From a virus (Duplodnaviria; Caudoviricetes), in the IMG/VR virus record IMGVR_UViG_3300044691_000225, positions 1 to 29,290 of that record: a stretch of DNA of 29,290 nucleotides; one strand, written 5' to 3'. Positions 1-9,198 of this stretch are shown here, piece after piece. The number at the start of each line of letters is the position of its first letter. Position 1 is the first letter of the stretch. The position numbers were made by a program, and so were the translations under genes. A model generated the notes under the pieces. It had not been told where the DNA came from, ran no database searches, and saw nothing but the letters and a program-made list of their open reading frames with translations.

Positions 1-29
1 AGGGCACCGTTCAGATCCTTTGCAATTAA
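1..29 (+). CDS. 3' end of probable major capsid protein (partial)
   Basis: Frame reads GTVQILCN* (TAA 27-29), resembling the V-x-I-x-C C-terminus of BPP-1/epsilon15-type capsids; lies upstream of the decoration gene. Confidence 0.45.
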
Positions 30-41
30 GGGGAATCAGTC

Positions 42-464
42 ATGACCGTTTTCTACTCACAGGAAATGACGGGCTTTGGCAGCCTCCCCGTCGTCAAACC
101 GTCCGCCCCGCAGTACGCGGGCGACGTGTTTGTGTATCAGGCCACCATCTCACTCGCCTCCCAGGCAACGACCGACACCATCGTGTTGGCGTATATCCCG
201 TCCGGGAATTCGTTCCTGTACGGGCTCTTGTCGACCGACACATCACTGGGGTCATCCACCATCGCGATCGGCATCACCGGCACCACGGGCAAGTATCGCG
301 CGGCGGCGGTGTTCACCGCGACCAACACCCCGACCTTGACGGGATTGGTGGCGAACTCGGCGAACGCGCCTCTGGCGGCACCCGAGACGCAGTTCATCAC
401 GATTGCGGTGGCGACACTCCCGGCCTCCGGCATCTTGATCTACCAGCAGTTCTGGGCGATGTAA
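42..464 (+). CDS. Capsid cement/decoration protein (Bbp16-like)
   Basis: 140 aa, beta-rich and T/A/G-rich; GGGGA RBS; directly after the capsid gene. Confidence 0.6.
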   Translation: MTVFYSQEMTGFGSLPVVKPSAPQYAGDVFVYQATISLASQATTDTIVLAYIPSGNSFLYGLLSTDTSLGSSTIAIGITGTTGKYRAAAVFTATNTPTLTGLVANSANAPLAAPETQFITIAVATLPASGILIYQQFWAM

Positions 465-677
465 GTGGCCACCATCCGGTTCTCAACGTTTCCGGGTGCC
501 ACCGAGGCGCAGATCGTGCAAGCGGTCGGCACCGCGACGGTGACGAGCAACATCGAATTGACGGTGGATATGGGCAGCACCATGGATGGTTCTTCCCGCG
601 TCATTCAACGCGATGAGGTGTTACTCGCCTTGCAGCGTCTGCGGGATTACCTCCTCAGTCATACCGCCATCCCATGA
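465..677 (+). CDS. Hypothetical virion-associated protein
   Basis: GTG start abuts previous stop; ATGA overlap with next gene. Confidence 0.6.
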   Translation: MATIRFSTFPGATEAQIVQAVGTATVTSNIELTVDMGSTMDGSSRVIQRDEVLLALQRLRDYLLSHTAIP

Positions 678-985
678 CGGCGAAGGTCTACGACGTCGGG
701 CAAGCGTACGGTGGGTTTACGACCCACTCGACGCAGGGCGGCTTTTGGCTCAACCGCACCACGTCAGGCATCGTCTCGGCGGTGCCCTGCCAGATCATCG
801 GCTTCTTCGTCAATTCAACGACCGCCGGCACCATCCAATTATTCGATAACGCGGCGAGCGCGGCCAATCCCACCGGCGGACTCATCACGCCCGCGATCGG
901 CATGCAGTGGTACCCCGGCATTTTCTTGAACGGGCTCTTCGTCAACATTGCGACGCTCGATGTTACTTTTTTCTATGTGAAATAG
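674..985 (+). CDS. Hypothetical beta-rich virion protein
   Basis: 103 aa, coupled start, beta-strand pattern typical of head accessory proteins. Confidence 0.6.
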   Translation: MTAKVYDVGQAYGGFTTHSTQGGFWLNRTTSGIVSAVPCQIIGFFVNSTTAGTIQLFDNAASAANPTGGLITPAIGMQWYPGIFLNGLFVNIATLDVTFFYVK

Positions 986-995
986 GCGTCTTCGT

Positions 996-2597
996 ATGCA
1001 GGCACTGCTTGGAACCTACACGACAGCGACGCTGCCCAACGCATCGAGCGTCATCGCCGGCACGCAGGCCTACACCACCGATGCGGGGTTGCAGGTCAGC
1101 AATGGCAAGGCCTGGGGCGGCAGTACGATCAACCGCACCCTGCTCTCGAAGATTCGCGCAGCGCTCGCCGCCTCGGCCGGCGGACAGAACGTCGCACAGC
1201 GCGCGCCCTTGCTCGCACCGGCCACTTGGGCGGCTACCACGGGCTACGCGCAGGGCCAGGTCGTCACGAACACCGGCGGGGGTGCGGGCAATCTCTACAT
1301 CTGCGCAACGCCCTTCGCGACCTCGGCCGGCTCCGGTGGCCCGACAGGGCAAAGCTCCGCGTTGATTGTCGATGGGGGAGTGACGTGGCAATACTTCGGC
1401 CCCGTGTTGACGGCGACGAGTCAGGCCGGCGCACCGACGGTCACCGCGAACGTCGCGCTCTCGACACCGGGCGCCAAGACCTGGTTCTACGCAAATCCCC
1501 TGGCGACTTCGAACTCAGCGACGCTCGGGGATCCTGGATTCTTTTTATTCGACGGCGGCTTCTGGCAAGCCAATGTCGTGGCGAGCCTCAATGTGCTGTC
1601 GTGCTGGAACGCCTTGGGCGCGGCGACGGGCAGCGCTCAAACCGTGGGCGGCATTGCCTCGAACTTCTGGAACAACGGCACGGGCAGCGTCACGTTCTGG
1701 AGCGACGCGCCGAAGCTTCACATTGGCTCCATCTTCAGCGGCGGCGGGAGCGGCTACCTCGAGATCGATGATGTGCCCGTTTCCGATTCGCATTTCATCG
1801 GCGGCCCCGCGGCAGGAACGGTGATCGATTGGACCGCGGCCGGCGGGCGCAAAACCCGCAAGTACCGCGTGTGGTGCCAATCGTTCTTAGGCGTGGCTGT
1901 TTACGATGCCATCAGTCAGGTGTGGGCGTATCAACCGCCCAATGCCTACAAGATCGCGTGGAGCGGGGACAGCATCAGCGCCAATGTGGGTTCGAGCGCC
2001 GGCCCCTTCGGCTGTGGCAATTACGATGCGGTGCGGCGTTTTACGCGCTTGATCGGCTGCGATTACGTGGTGAATAACGCGGTGCCGGGAAGCGGCTTCT
2101 TCACCCCCATCAACGGCTACAATTTCTTAGGCGCCGCCGCGCTCTATACCCTGATTCAGCCCGACGTGATTTGTGTCGCCGGCAATTACAACGACAACGG
2201 TTCTACGGGCGTCACGTCCGCCCAGCGCCAAGCCGCGACGCTCGCCTATCTGACGGCGATGCGCGCGGCGTACCCGAACGCCATGATCGTGATCTATGGC
2301 CCGTGGGGCGGGCAGTTCAACGGCAATGCGGTCATCACGACGTGTGAAGCGGATATGGCAACCGCCATTACGCAATTTGCCGATGCCAACGTGTTCTTTA
2401 TCCCACTGATCGCGCGCACCCCGGCGTTTGCCTGGGTCACCGGCACCGGCAAGATCAGTGCGCCGAGCGGACAAGGCAATGCCGATTCCTACGTGTGGAC
2501 CGATGGCACGCACCCGATCTGTATCGCGCACAAAGAATACATCCCGCGGGTCTACGCGGAAGGGTTCAGGGCCCTCATCAATTCGCTGAGCGCGTAA
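996..2597 (+). CDS. SGNH/GDSL hydrolase (carbohydrate esterase-like) with N-terminal adaptor and CBM-like module
   Basis: All SGNH blocks present: WSGDSIS, NAVPGSG, GNYND, DGTHP; WAATTGYAQGQVV...YIC CBM5/12-like motif. Confidence 0.8.
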   Translation: MQALLGTYTTATLPNASSVIAGTQAYTTDAGLQVSNGKAWGGSTINRTLLSKIRAALAASAGGQNVAQRAPLLAPATWAATTGYAQGQVVTNTGGGAGNLYICATPFATSAGSGGPTGQSSALIVDGGVTWQYFGPVLTATSQAGAPTVTANVALSTPGAKTWFYANPLATSNSATLGDPGFFLFDGGFWQANVVASLNVLSCWNALGAATGSAQTVGGIASNFWNNGTGSVTFWSDAPKLHIGSIFSGGGSGYLEIDDVPVSDSHFIGGPAAGTVIDWTAAGGRKTRKYRVWCQSFLGVAVYDAISQVWAYQPPNAYKIAWSGDSISANVGSSAGPFGCGNYDAVRRFTRLIGCDYVVNNAVPGSGFFTPINGYNFLGAAALYTLIQPDVICVAGNYNDNGSTGVTSAQRQAATLAYLTAMRAAYPNAMIVIYGPWGGQFNGNAVITTCEADMATAITQFADANVFFIPLIARTPAFAWVTGTGKISAPSGQGNADSYVWTDGTHPICIAHKEYIPRVYAEGFRALINSLSA

Positions 2598-2598
2598 G

Positions 2599-3204
2599 GT
2601 GGCCTCGGACATCAACATCGCCAACCGGGCCTTGCAGAAGCTAGGCGCGGCGTCGATTACGTCCTTCAACGACAACTCGACCGCCGGCCGGGCGATGAAC
2701 TTGGCCTATGTGCCGGTGCGCGATGCCGAGCTGCGGCGCTACCTGTGGAAGTTCGCCATCATCCGCGAGAACTTGCCGGCGATCTCGACCGCGCCCATCA
2801 ACGGCATCTACAGCTTGCAATATCAGCTACCGGCCCAGTGCTTGCGCATCTTGAACGTCGGGGACTACTCCCCCGGTGCGGATACGAGCGACTACCGCAA
2901 TCGAACCGTCGCGGACTATTCGATCGAAGGGAACCTGATCCTGACCAACATCAGCGCGCCCTTGTCATTGCGCTACGTCCAGCAGATCACCGATCCGGGC
3001 AAGTTCGACTCAGCCTTTGCCGAAACCCTCGCTGCGCGCCTCGCCTGGGAGGTGTGCGAGCAAGTCACGCAGTCGGGTGAGAAACGCAAACTCGCGATGA
3101 CCGAGTACAAGCAAGCGCTGATGGAGGCGGTACGGGCCAATGCGCTCGAAATCCCGCCCGACTTCCTGCCGGACAATGCGTGGATGCTGGCGCGGATCCA
3201 GTAA
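2599..3204 (+). CDS. Tail tubular protein A (T7 gp11-like adaptor)
   Basis: IANRALQKLG, W-K-F-A, YQLP..CLR and FAETLAARLA motifs; 201 aa; synteny. Confidence 0.85.
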   Translation: MASDINIANRALQKLGAASITSFNDNSTAGRAMNLAYVPVRDAELRRYLWKFAIIRENLPAISTAPINGIYSLQYQLPAQCLRILNVGDYSPGADTSDYRNRTVADYSIEGNLILTNISAPLSLRYVQQITDPGKFDSAFAETLAARLAWEVCEQVTQSGEKRKLAMTEYKQALMEAVRANALEIPPDFLPDNAWMLARIQ

Positions 3205-5792
3205 TGGGTAAAGCCTCACCAGCCTTCACCAGTTTCAATGCCGGCGAACTCTCCCCGTATATGGAGGGCCGCGTCGATCAGGCGCGCTATCAGAACGGTG
3301 CCCATGCGCTGGAGAACTTCCAAGCGCTGGTGCAAGGCCCCGCCCAGCGGCGCGGTGGCTATCGCTTCGTCCAGCCGGTCAAGAATGCGGCCAATCGCAC
3401 CTTTGTCCGTCCCTTCGTGTTCTCGGTGACGCAAGCGTTCACCTTGGAGTTCGGCGGCAACTACATCCGCTTCTACTTCAATCACGGCCAGATCCAAGTG
3501 TCAGGGGTGGCGGCCTATAACAACGCCACGGCTTACGCGATCGGCGCGCTGGTCTCAAGCGGTGGCATCAACTACTACTGCACTGCCCCAACCACTGCCA
3601 ACGCACCGCCGAATGCGTCCTTCTGGTACGCGCTCACCGGGACGATCTACGAAATTCCCACGCCCTATGCCGCGGCCGATTTGGTCGACAGTGAAGGCGC
3701 GTTTACGCTCAAGATCGAACAATCAGGCGATGTGCTCTACATCGCTGCGGGCGGAGCGGGGGCGGGCTATGCCCCGCGCACCCTGACGCGTTTCGGCGAT
3801 ACGAACTGGGTGCTGTCCCCCTTTACCCCGACCGATGGGCCCTTTGCCGGCGCCAACACCGACCGCACCTTGGCGATCTGGGCAAGCGGCATCTCGGGCG
3901 TGGTCACGCTCACCGCGAGCCGCGCGCTCTTTGCCGCGACCGATGTCGGACGACTGGTTCGCATCGCGGTCCAATCCCAGAACACCCCGCCCTGGACCAC
4001 GAACGTCCCCTACGCTGCCGGCAACCTCGTCTCAAACGGGTTCAGTGTCTACAAGGCCTTGAATGCTGCTACGTCGGGCCCGGATGGACCTATCCATATC
4101 GCCGGTACTGCATACGACGGTAAGACCGGGGTGCAGTGGCTCTACATGGATTCAGGCTACGGCATTGCGCAAGTCACCGCCTTTGCGAGCGCGACCAGTG
4201 TCACCGCCAAGGTGTTGACGCAGCTCCCGCAAGGAGTGGTCGGGATTCCCGCCACGATCACCGGTATCAGCCAGGCGAATCCCGCCGTCGTCACCGCGGC
4301 GAATAGCTTCACGGTCGGGGATACCGCGTTCATCTTCGGCGCCGGCGGCATGGTCGAGATCAATAACACCATCGTCATCGCGACCACGGTCAGCGTGACT
4401 GCGGTCACCCTGGGCAACGTCAACAGCTCGAGCTACACCGCCTACACCTCCGGGGGCACCATCGTCGATAACGCAACGACGGAATGGTCGTTGGGCGCGT
4501 GGTCGAATACCAGCGAATGGCCACGGGTGGTCAAGTTCTATCGCTCGCGCCTCTGGTGGTTCGGCAACTTGAGCGTGAACGGCAGCGTGCCGGGCCTCTA
4601 CACGAGCTACGCCTTGGATACCGCGGGGCAGACCACGGACAACAATGCCATCTCGCTCATTTTGTCCTTCGATGATGTGAATACGATCTGCTGGGCAAGT
4701 CCCTTGGATCGCTTGTTGATCGGCTCCGATGGGGGCGAATTTGCCCTCTACGAACAGACGACCCAATCGCCGTTGGGGCCCTCCAATGTCCAAATCGTGC
4801 GCCAGAGCAAGAAGCGCTGTCGGACCTTGGACCCCTTGATCGTCGGTACCTCGATTCTGTACGTCCAGCGCGCCGGGCGAAAGATTCTCTCAATGGACTA
4901 CGACTTCACCATCGACAAGTACAAATCGACCGATCAGACGGTGTGGGCGTATCACATGAGCCAGGGCGGCTTTACGGACCTGTGCTATCAGGCCGAGCCC
5001 TGGTCGATCAGTTGGCTCACCCGTCCCGATGGAACCTTGATCGGCTTTACCTTCGATCGCGAGCAAGAAGTCTATGCCTGGCATCGCCATGTACACGGCG
5101 CGACCTCGGCCGGGTCTGCGCTGGTCGAATCGGTGTGCAGTGTCCCCGCACCCGATGGATCTCGAGATGAGCTGTGGCTCACCGTCAAGATGGTCATCAA
5201 CGGGCAGACCGTGCGCTTTGTCGAGTACCAGGAAAAGATTTACGAAGACGGCGATGCGCAATCGTCCTGCTTCTACGTCGATGCGGGCGCGACCTACACC
5301 GGGCCGTCGACCAACACGATCAGCGGCTTGTCGTACCTCATCGGCGAGACGGTGAGCGTGCTGGTTAATGGCGCCGCTCACCCCGATGTCGTGGTATCCA
5401 ACACCGGCACCATCGCGCTACAGAATGCCGGCACCATCGTGCAAGTGGGGCTTCCCTGTCCCGCGACCTTGGTCACCGAGCGGCCGGAGGCGGGCGCAGA
5501 CACGGGCACGAGTCAGGGCAAGACCAAGCGTACCCAATGGGCCGCGGTACGCCTGTACAACACGCTCGGCGGTTTTGTCGGCATGGACGGCCAGAAACTC
5601 GACGAACTCCAGTACCGCACGCCGCTCATGCCGATGGATACCCCGCCCCCACTCTATACCGGGGACTTGATCCTGGGGCCGTTTGCGTCCGACTACGACG
5701 CCGCCCAGCGCTATCGGTTCGAACAGCGTCAGCCCCTCCCGATGACCCTTATCGGCTTCTTCCCCTCGCTCACCGGATACGAACCCAGTTGA
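3204..5792 (+). CDS. Tail tubular protein B / nozzle (T7 gp12-like) with inserted CBM-like and FCCH-like domains
   Basis: ATG 3204 overlaps TAA; SFNAGELSP and QGPAQRRGG N-terminal motifs; AWHRH; QGKTKR; QPLPMTL C-terminus. Confidence 0.88.
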   Translation: MGKASPAFTSFNAGELSPYMEGRVDQARYQNGAHALENFQALVQGPAQRRGGYRFVQPVKNAANRTFVRPFVFSVTQAFTLEFGGNYIRFYFNHGQIQVSGVAAYNNATAYAIGALVSSGGINYYCTAPTTANAPPNASFWYALTGTIYEIPTPYAAADLVDSEGAFTLKIEQSGDVLYIAAGGAGAGYAPRTLTRFGDTNWVLSPFTPTDGPFAGANTDRTLAIWASGISGVVTLTASRALFAATDVGRLVRIAVQSQNTPPWTTNVPYAAGNLVSNGFSVYKALNAATSGPDGPIHIAGTAYDGKTGVQWLYMDSGYGIAQVTAFASATSVTAKVLTQLPQGVVGIPATITGISQANPAVVTAANSFTVGDTAFIFGAGGMVEINNTIVIATTVSVTAVTLGNVNSSSYTAYTSGGTIVDNATTEWSLGAWSNTSEWPRVVKFYRSRLWWFGNLSVNGSVPGLYTSYALDTAGQTTDNNAISLILSFDDVNTICWASPLDRLLIGSDGGEFALYEQTTQSPLGPSNVQIVRQSKKRCRTLDPLIVGTSILYVQRAGRKILSMDYDFTIDKYKSTDQTVWAYHMSQGGFTDLCYQAEPWSISWLTRPDGTLIGFTFDREQEVYAWHRHVHGATSAGSALVESVCSVPAPDGSRDELWLTVKMVINGQTVRFVEYQEKIYEDGDAQSSCFYVDAGATYTGPSTNTISGLSYLIGETVSVLVNGAAHPDVVVSNTGTIALQNAGTIVQVGLPCPATLVTERPEAGADTGTSQGKTKRTQWAAVRLYNTLGGFVGMDGQKLDELQYRTPLMPMDTPPPLYTGDLILGPFASDYDAAQRYRFEQRQPLPMTLIGFFPSLTGYEPS

Positions 5793-6199
5793 TCGCCATT
5801 CCCTTCCAAGCGGAGCACATCGAACGGCTGCGCGCACAACCCGAGCAGTTGATCGAACTATCGGCATTCACCCCAGCGTTCGCCGCCCAAGTGACGCACA
5901 CCGATGCCTGGACCATCCTGGACAGGGACGACGTGCTCTTTTGCGGTGGCGTCATCGAATACCAGGGCATCGGTGTCTTGTGGGCCGCCGTGTCGAGTCA
6001 CATCGGCTATCGCATGTTCGGCGTGACGCGTCGCTGTCAGCGCTACCTCGATTTGAACCACTTGCGCATCGAGACGAGCGTGCGCACCGACTTTGCTCCG
6101 GGTTGTCGCTGGGCGGAACTCTTGGGCTTTCGACGCGAGGAGCATCTGTCGCGCGAAGGGTTCGATGGCTCCGATCATTACCGTTACGTGAGGGGCTGA
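5789..6199 (+). CDS. GNAT-fold acetyltransferase-like virion assembly protein (T7 gp13-like)
   Basis: TTG start overlapping tube B stop; RWAELLGFRRE motif; canonical position after tube B. Confidence 0.7.
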   Translation: MIAIPFQAEHIERLRAQPEQLIELSAFTPAFAAQVTHTDAWTILDRDDVLFCGGVIEYQGIGVLWAAVSSHIGYRMFGVTRRCQRYLDLNHLRIETSVRTDFAPGCRWAELLGFRREEHLSREGFDGSDHYRYVRG

Positions 6200-6200
6200 T

Positions 6201-6644
6201 ATGGCTATCGCGCCCCTTCTCATGACCGCGGTCGGTGCTGGTGTGCAGGGCATGCAGGCCAAGAACGCCGGGGATTATAACGCCAAGGTATTGGCGGGTG
6301 AATCTGCGGTGTCCGGCATGCAGGCGAACCAAGCCGAACTCACGCAACGCCGCCAGGGCAACACGGCGATGGGGCGCTCCACCGCGGCCGCGGTTGAATC
6401 GGGTGGCGGTATCGGCGGCTCAACCGGCGCAGTTCTTCACCAGTCGGCGACCAATGCGGAACTCGATGCGTTGAACGTGCGCTATGCGGGCCTCTTGCGC
6501 TCCACGAGCTACGCCACGCAATCGAACCTCGACAAGCAGCAAGGGAATGATGCGATGGCCGGCGCCTTCCTGTCGGGCGCGGGCAGTCTCTTGAAGCAAT
6601 CCTACGGCGCCAAGACGGGCACGTATTCACCGGGTGGCTACTGA
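6201..6644 (+). CDS. Internal virion/ejection protein (gp14-like)
   Basis: A/G/Q-rich 147 aa with hydrophobic Gly-rich ends; synteny. Confidence 0.7.
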   Translation: MAIAPLLMTAVGAGVQGMQAKNAGDYNAKVLAGESAVSGMQANQAELTQRRQGNTAMGRSTAAAVESGGGIGGSTGAVLHQSATNAELDALNVRYAGLLRSTSYATQSNLDKQQGNDAMAGAFLSGAGSLLKQSYGAKTGTYSPGGY

Positions 6645-6982
6645 TGCTGTTCCCGCCCACCAATTTAACCCTCGTGTCCAACACGCTCGCCACGGCGACG
6701 TTGAGTTGGGGTAAAGCCCCACAGGCCACGAGTTACAACGTCTATCGCGACAGCAAGCAGATCGCAAGCGGCGTCTCCGCGCTCACCTACACCGATTCCA
6801 CGGTCAGGAGCGATCGGCGTTACGCCTACCGCGTGTCAGGTGTGGTCGGGGGCGTCGAGACGGCTTACAGCAATTTGCTCAATGTCGACATCCTGCAAGG
6901 CACGACCTTGACTTTCGAATCGGTGTATCAGTTGCAACCCGGCGAAGGTGGCTACCCTGACGTTCAATGGCGGTGGCAGTAA
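6644..6982 (+). CDS. Fibronectin type III domain protein
   Basis: PPTNL...LSW...YNVYRD...YTD...YAYRVSGV...S FN3 signature; stop/start overlaps at both ends. Confidence 0.8.
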   Translation: MLFPPTNLTLVSNTLATATLSWGKAPQATSYNVYRDSKQIASGVSALTYTDSTVRSDRRYAYRVSGVVGGVETAYSNLLNVDILQGTTLTFESVYQLQPGEGGYPDVQWRWQ

Positions 6983-9198
6983 TGCCAGCCCTTCCCGCCG
7001 TCGGTGACTACCAACAGCACGTCGACCTCTCGGAGCCGTTTCGCAAGCTGACGCCGGAAATGCGGCCGGGCAATATCGGCGCGAACTTAGAGAACGTCGG
7101 CAATCAGTGGGCGAATGCGGTCGATACCAAGAACCGCGCCGATGGGTCGGTGTATGCGGCCAATCAGATGGCCGATCTGCGTACACGGACAGCAGCGCAT
7201 CTGGTCAATGCCAAGCAGAACGCCGCCGAGGATGGCAACGGCTTCACGCAAACCGTCTTGGATCAGTACGACAAGGATGCCGGCACGCTCTTGGATGCCG
7301 CCAAGAACAACCCGTATGCGACCAAATCTTTAAGCGCGGGCCTGACGCAATTCCGCAGCCAAGTCGCAGACCATGCGATCAATTGGGAATCGCAAGCCGG
7401 GGTGCAGTACCGCGGCAACAGCTTGCTCAAAAATATCGATTCACTCGCGCCTGTGGTTGAAGCCGATCCGAGTCAGTGGCAGTCGGCCGGCAATGAGCAG
7501 ATGCACGCCATTCAGAATTCGAATCTGCCGCCCGAGCAACGCATCCTGCTGGGGCGCAAGCTCGACGAGACCTTAAGCGTAGCCGCGGCGAATGGTCTCG
7601 CGCGGCAGAATCCCCGCGGGGTGATCGAAGGGCTGAACGATCCCGCGAACGCGCATCCCGCCATTGCGAAATTGACCGATGCGCAGCGTGAGCAATTGCG
7701 CTTGAAGGCGAACGACAACCTGTCGAAGCCTGTGTACGACTCGCTGACCGACGGCGACACGCGGGGCGCGCAAGCGAACCTGGAGGGTGTGCGCGACATC
7801 ATTGACCCGAAGAACGCCTTCGTCCTGCAACGAACGATCGACGCCCAGGTGAAGGAGAAGCAGAACGATCAGAAGCAGGACATTGCCGATCGCTTCCAGG
7901 ACTCGATGACGGCGGCCCAGTACGGCCTGCCAAATGCGAACACCGTGACGCGCGGCGAGGTGGATGTACTGCACCCCCATGACGGGCAACGCTATTGGGA
8001 CTCGCTACAGGGCATGATTGCCGCCGGCGCGACGGCGCAGGACATGAACAAGATGACGCCGGAGGAAGCCGCGGCCAAGCGCGATGCGGCCTATCCAGCG
8101 AGCGGCGGACCCGAGACGGCGAACAAGATCAAAGCCTATGAAGTGCTGTCCGGCGCTTTTGATCAATCAATGAAAGCGCGCAGCCAGGACCCCGCTCAGT
8201 TCGCGATCGACAACGGCACCGGCTGGAAAGGCCTCGACTTCACCAAGCCTGACGACATGCTGGCGCAGCTCCGTTCACGAGCGAACACGCAAGGCGCGGT
8301 ATCGACGCAAACAGGCGTCAACACGCCATTGCTATCCAAAGCCGAGAACAAGCAGTTCACCGGCTGGTTGACCGCCCAGCCTCCGGCGGACCGCGTGCAG
8401 ACCCTCACGACCCTGCGCGCGACCATGCCGAATGATCAGTCCTACGGGGCGCTCATGAAGCAGATCGCGCCAGGGTCACCATTGACCGCGATTGCGGGCT
8501 CGATGATGGACAAACCCGCGAACGGCGCGGTGCCCACGTGGTTCAACCCGACCTACACGACACCGTCGGTTGTTCCCACGCGAATACTCGAAGGCGAACA
8601 GATATTGACGGGGAAGGACGAGAAGGGCATCGCGTCGAAGTTCCCCATGCCGACCGACAAGGACTTGATGCCGCAGTTCATGGCAGCGGTCGGTGGATCG
8701 AACAGTGATCTGTTCCGCGGCCGGCCTGAGACGCTGGAATCCTCCTACGCCGCCTTCAAAGCCTACTACGCCGCCGAGGCGAGCCACCAGGGCGTGACCA
8801 ATGGCGTGATCAATCCGACCATCGCAGCGACCGCGGCGCGCGGCGTGATCGGCCAAGCGACCCAGTACGGCGCGACGAACCTTGTGGTTCCCGCCGGCAT
8901 GGACCCGACCAAGTTCGAAGGCACCGTGGACATGGCCTCGAAAGCGGCCATGAAAGCCGGCGGTTACTCGGATACCGACATTGCGGCGCTTCACGGCGGG
9001 GGTTTGCGCGAGTTGGGCGACACGCTCGGCACCGGCCGGTATGTGATCGTGAACGGCAACGGCGATGCGCTCAAGTCCAAGGACGGCAAGAAGCCGGTGG
9101 TCATCGACTTGAGCAGCCAATCACGCATCCCGAACGCACTCCCCGGTGAGCCGGCTGCGGAGCCGAGCCGCGCATCGACCATCGGAGATCGGCGATGA
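6982..9198 (+). CDS. Internal virion/ejection protein (gp15-like)
   Basis: About 738 aa, helical and A/Q-rich; TAATG coupling; synteny. Confidence 0.7.
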   Translation: MPALPAVGDYQQHVDLSEPFRKLTPEMRPGNIGANLENVGNQWANAVDTKNRADGSVYAANQMADLRTRTAAHLVNAKQNAAEDGNGFTQTVLDQYDKDAGTLLDAAKNNPYATKSLSAGLTQFRSQVADHAINWESQAGVQYRGNSLLKNIDSLAPVVEADPSQWQSAGNEQMHAIQNSNLPPEQRILLGRKLDETLSVAAANGLARQNPRGVIEGLNDPANAHPAIAKLTDAQREQLRLKANDNLSKPVYDSLTDGDTRGAQANLEGVRDIIDPKNAFVLQRTIDAQVKEKQNDQKQDIADRFQDSMTAAQYGLPNANTVTRGEVDVLHPHDGQRYWDSLQGMIAAGATAQDMNKMTPEEAAAKRDAAYPASGGPETANKIKAYEVLSGAFDQSMKARSQDPAQFAIDNGTGWKGLDFTKPDDMLAQLRSRANTQGAVSTQTGVNTPLLSKAENKQFTGWLTAQPPADRVQTLTTLRATMPNDQSYGALMKQIAPGSPLTAIAGSMMDKPANGAVPTWFNPTYTTPSVVPTRILEGEQILTGKDEKGIASKFPMPTDKDLMPQFMAAVGGSNSDLFRGRPETLESSYAAFKAYYAAEASHQGVTNGVINPTIAATAARGVIGQATQYGATNLVVPAGMDPTKFEGTVDMASKAAMKAGGYSDTDIAALHGGGLRELGDTLGTGRYVIVNGNGDALKSKDGKKPVVIDLSSQSRIPNALPGEPAAEPSRASTIGDRR

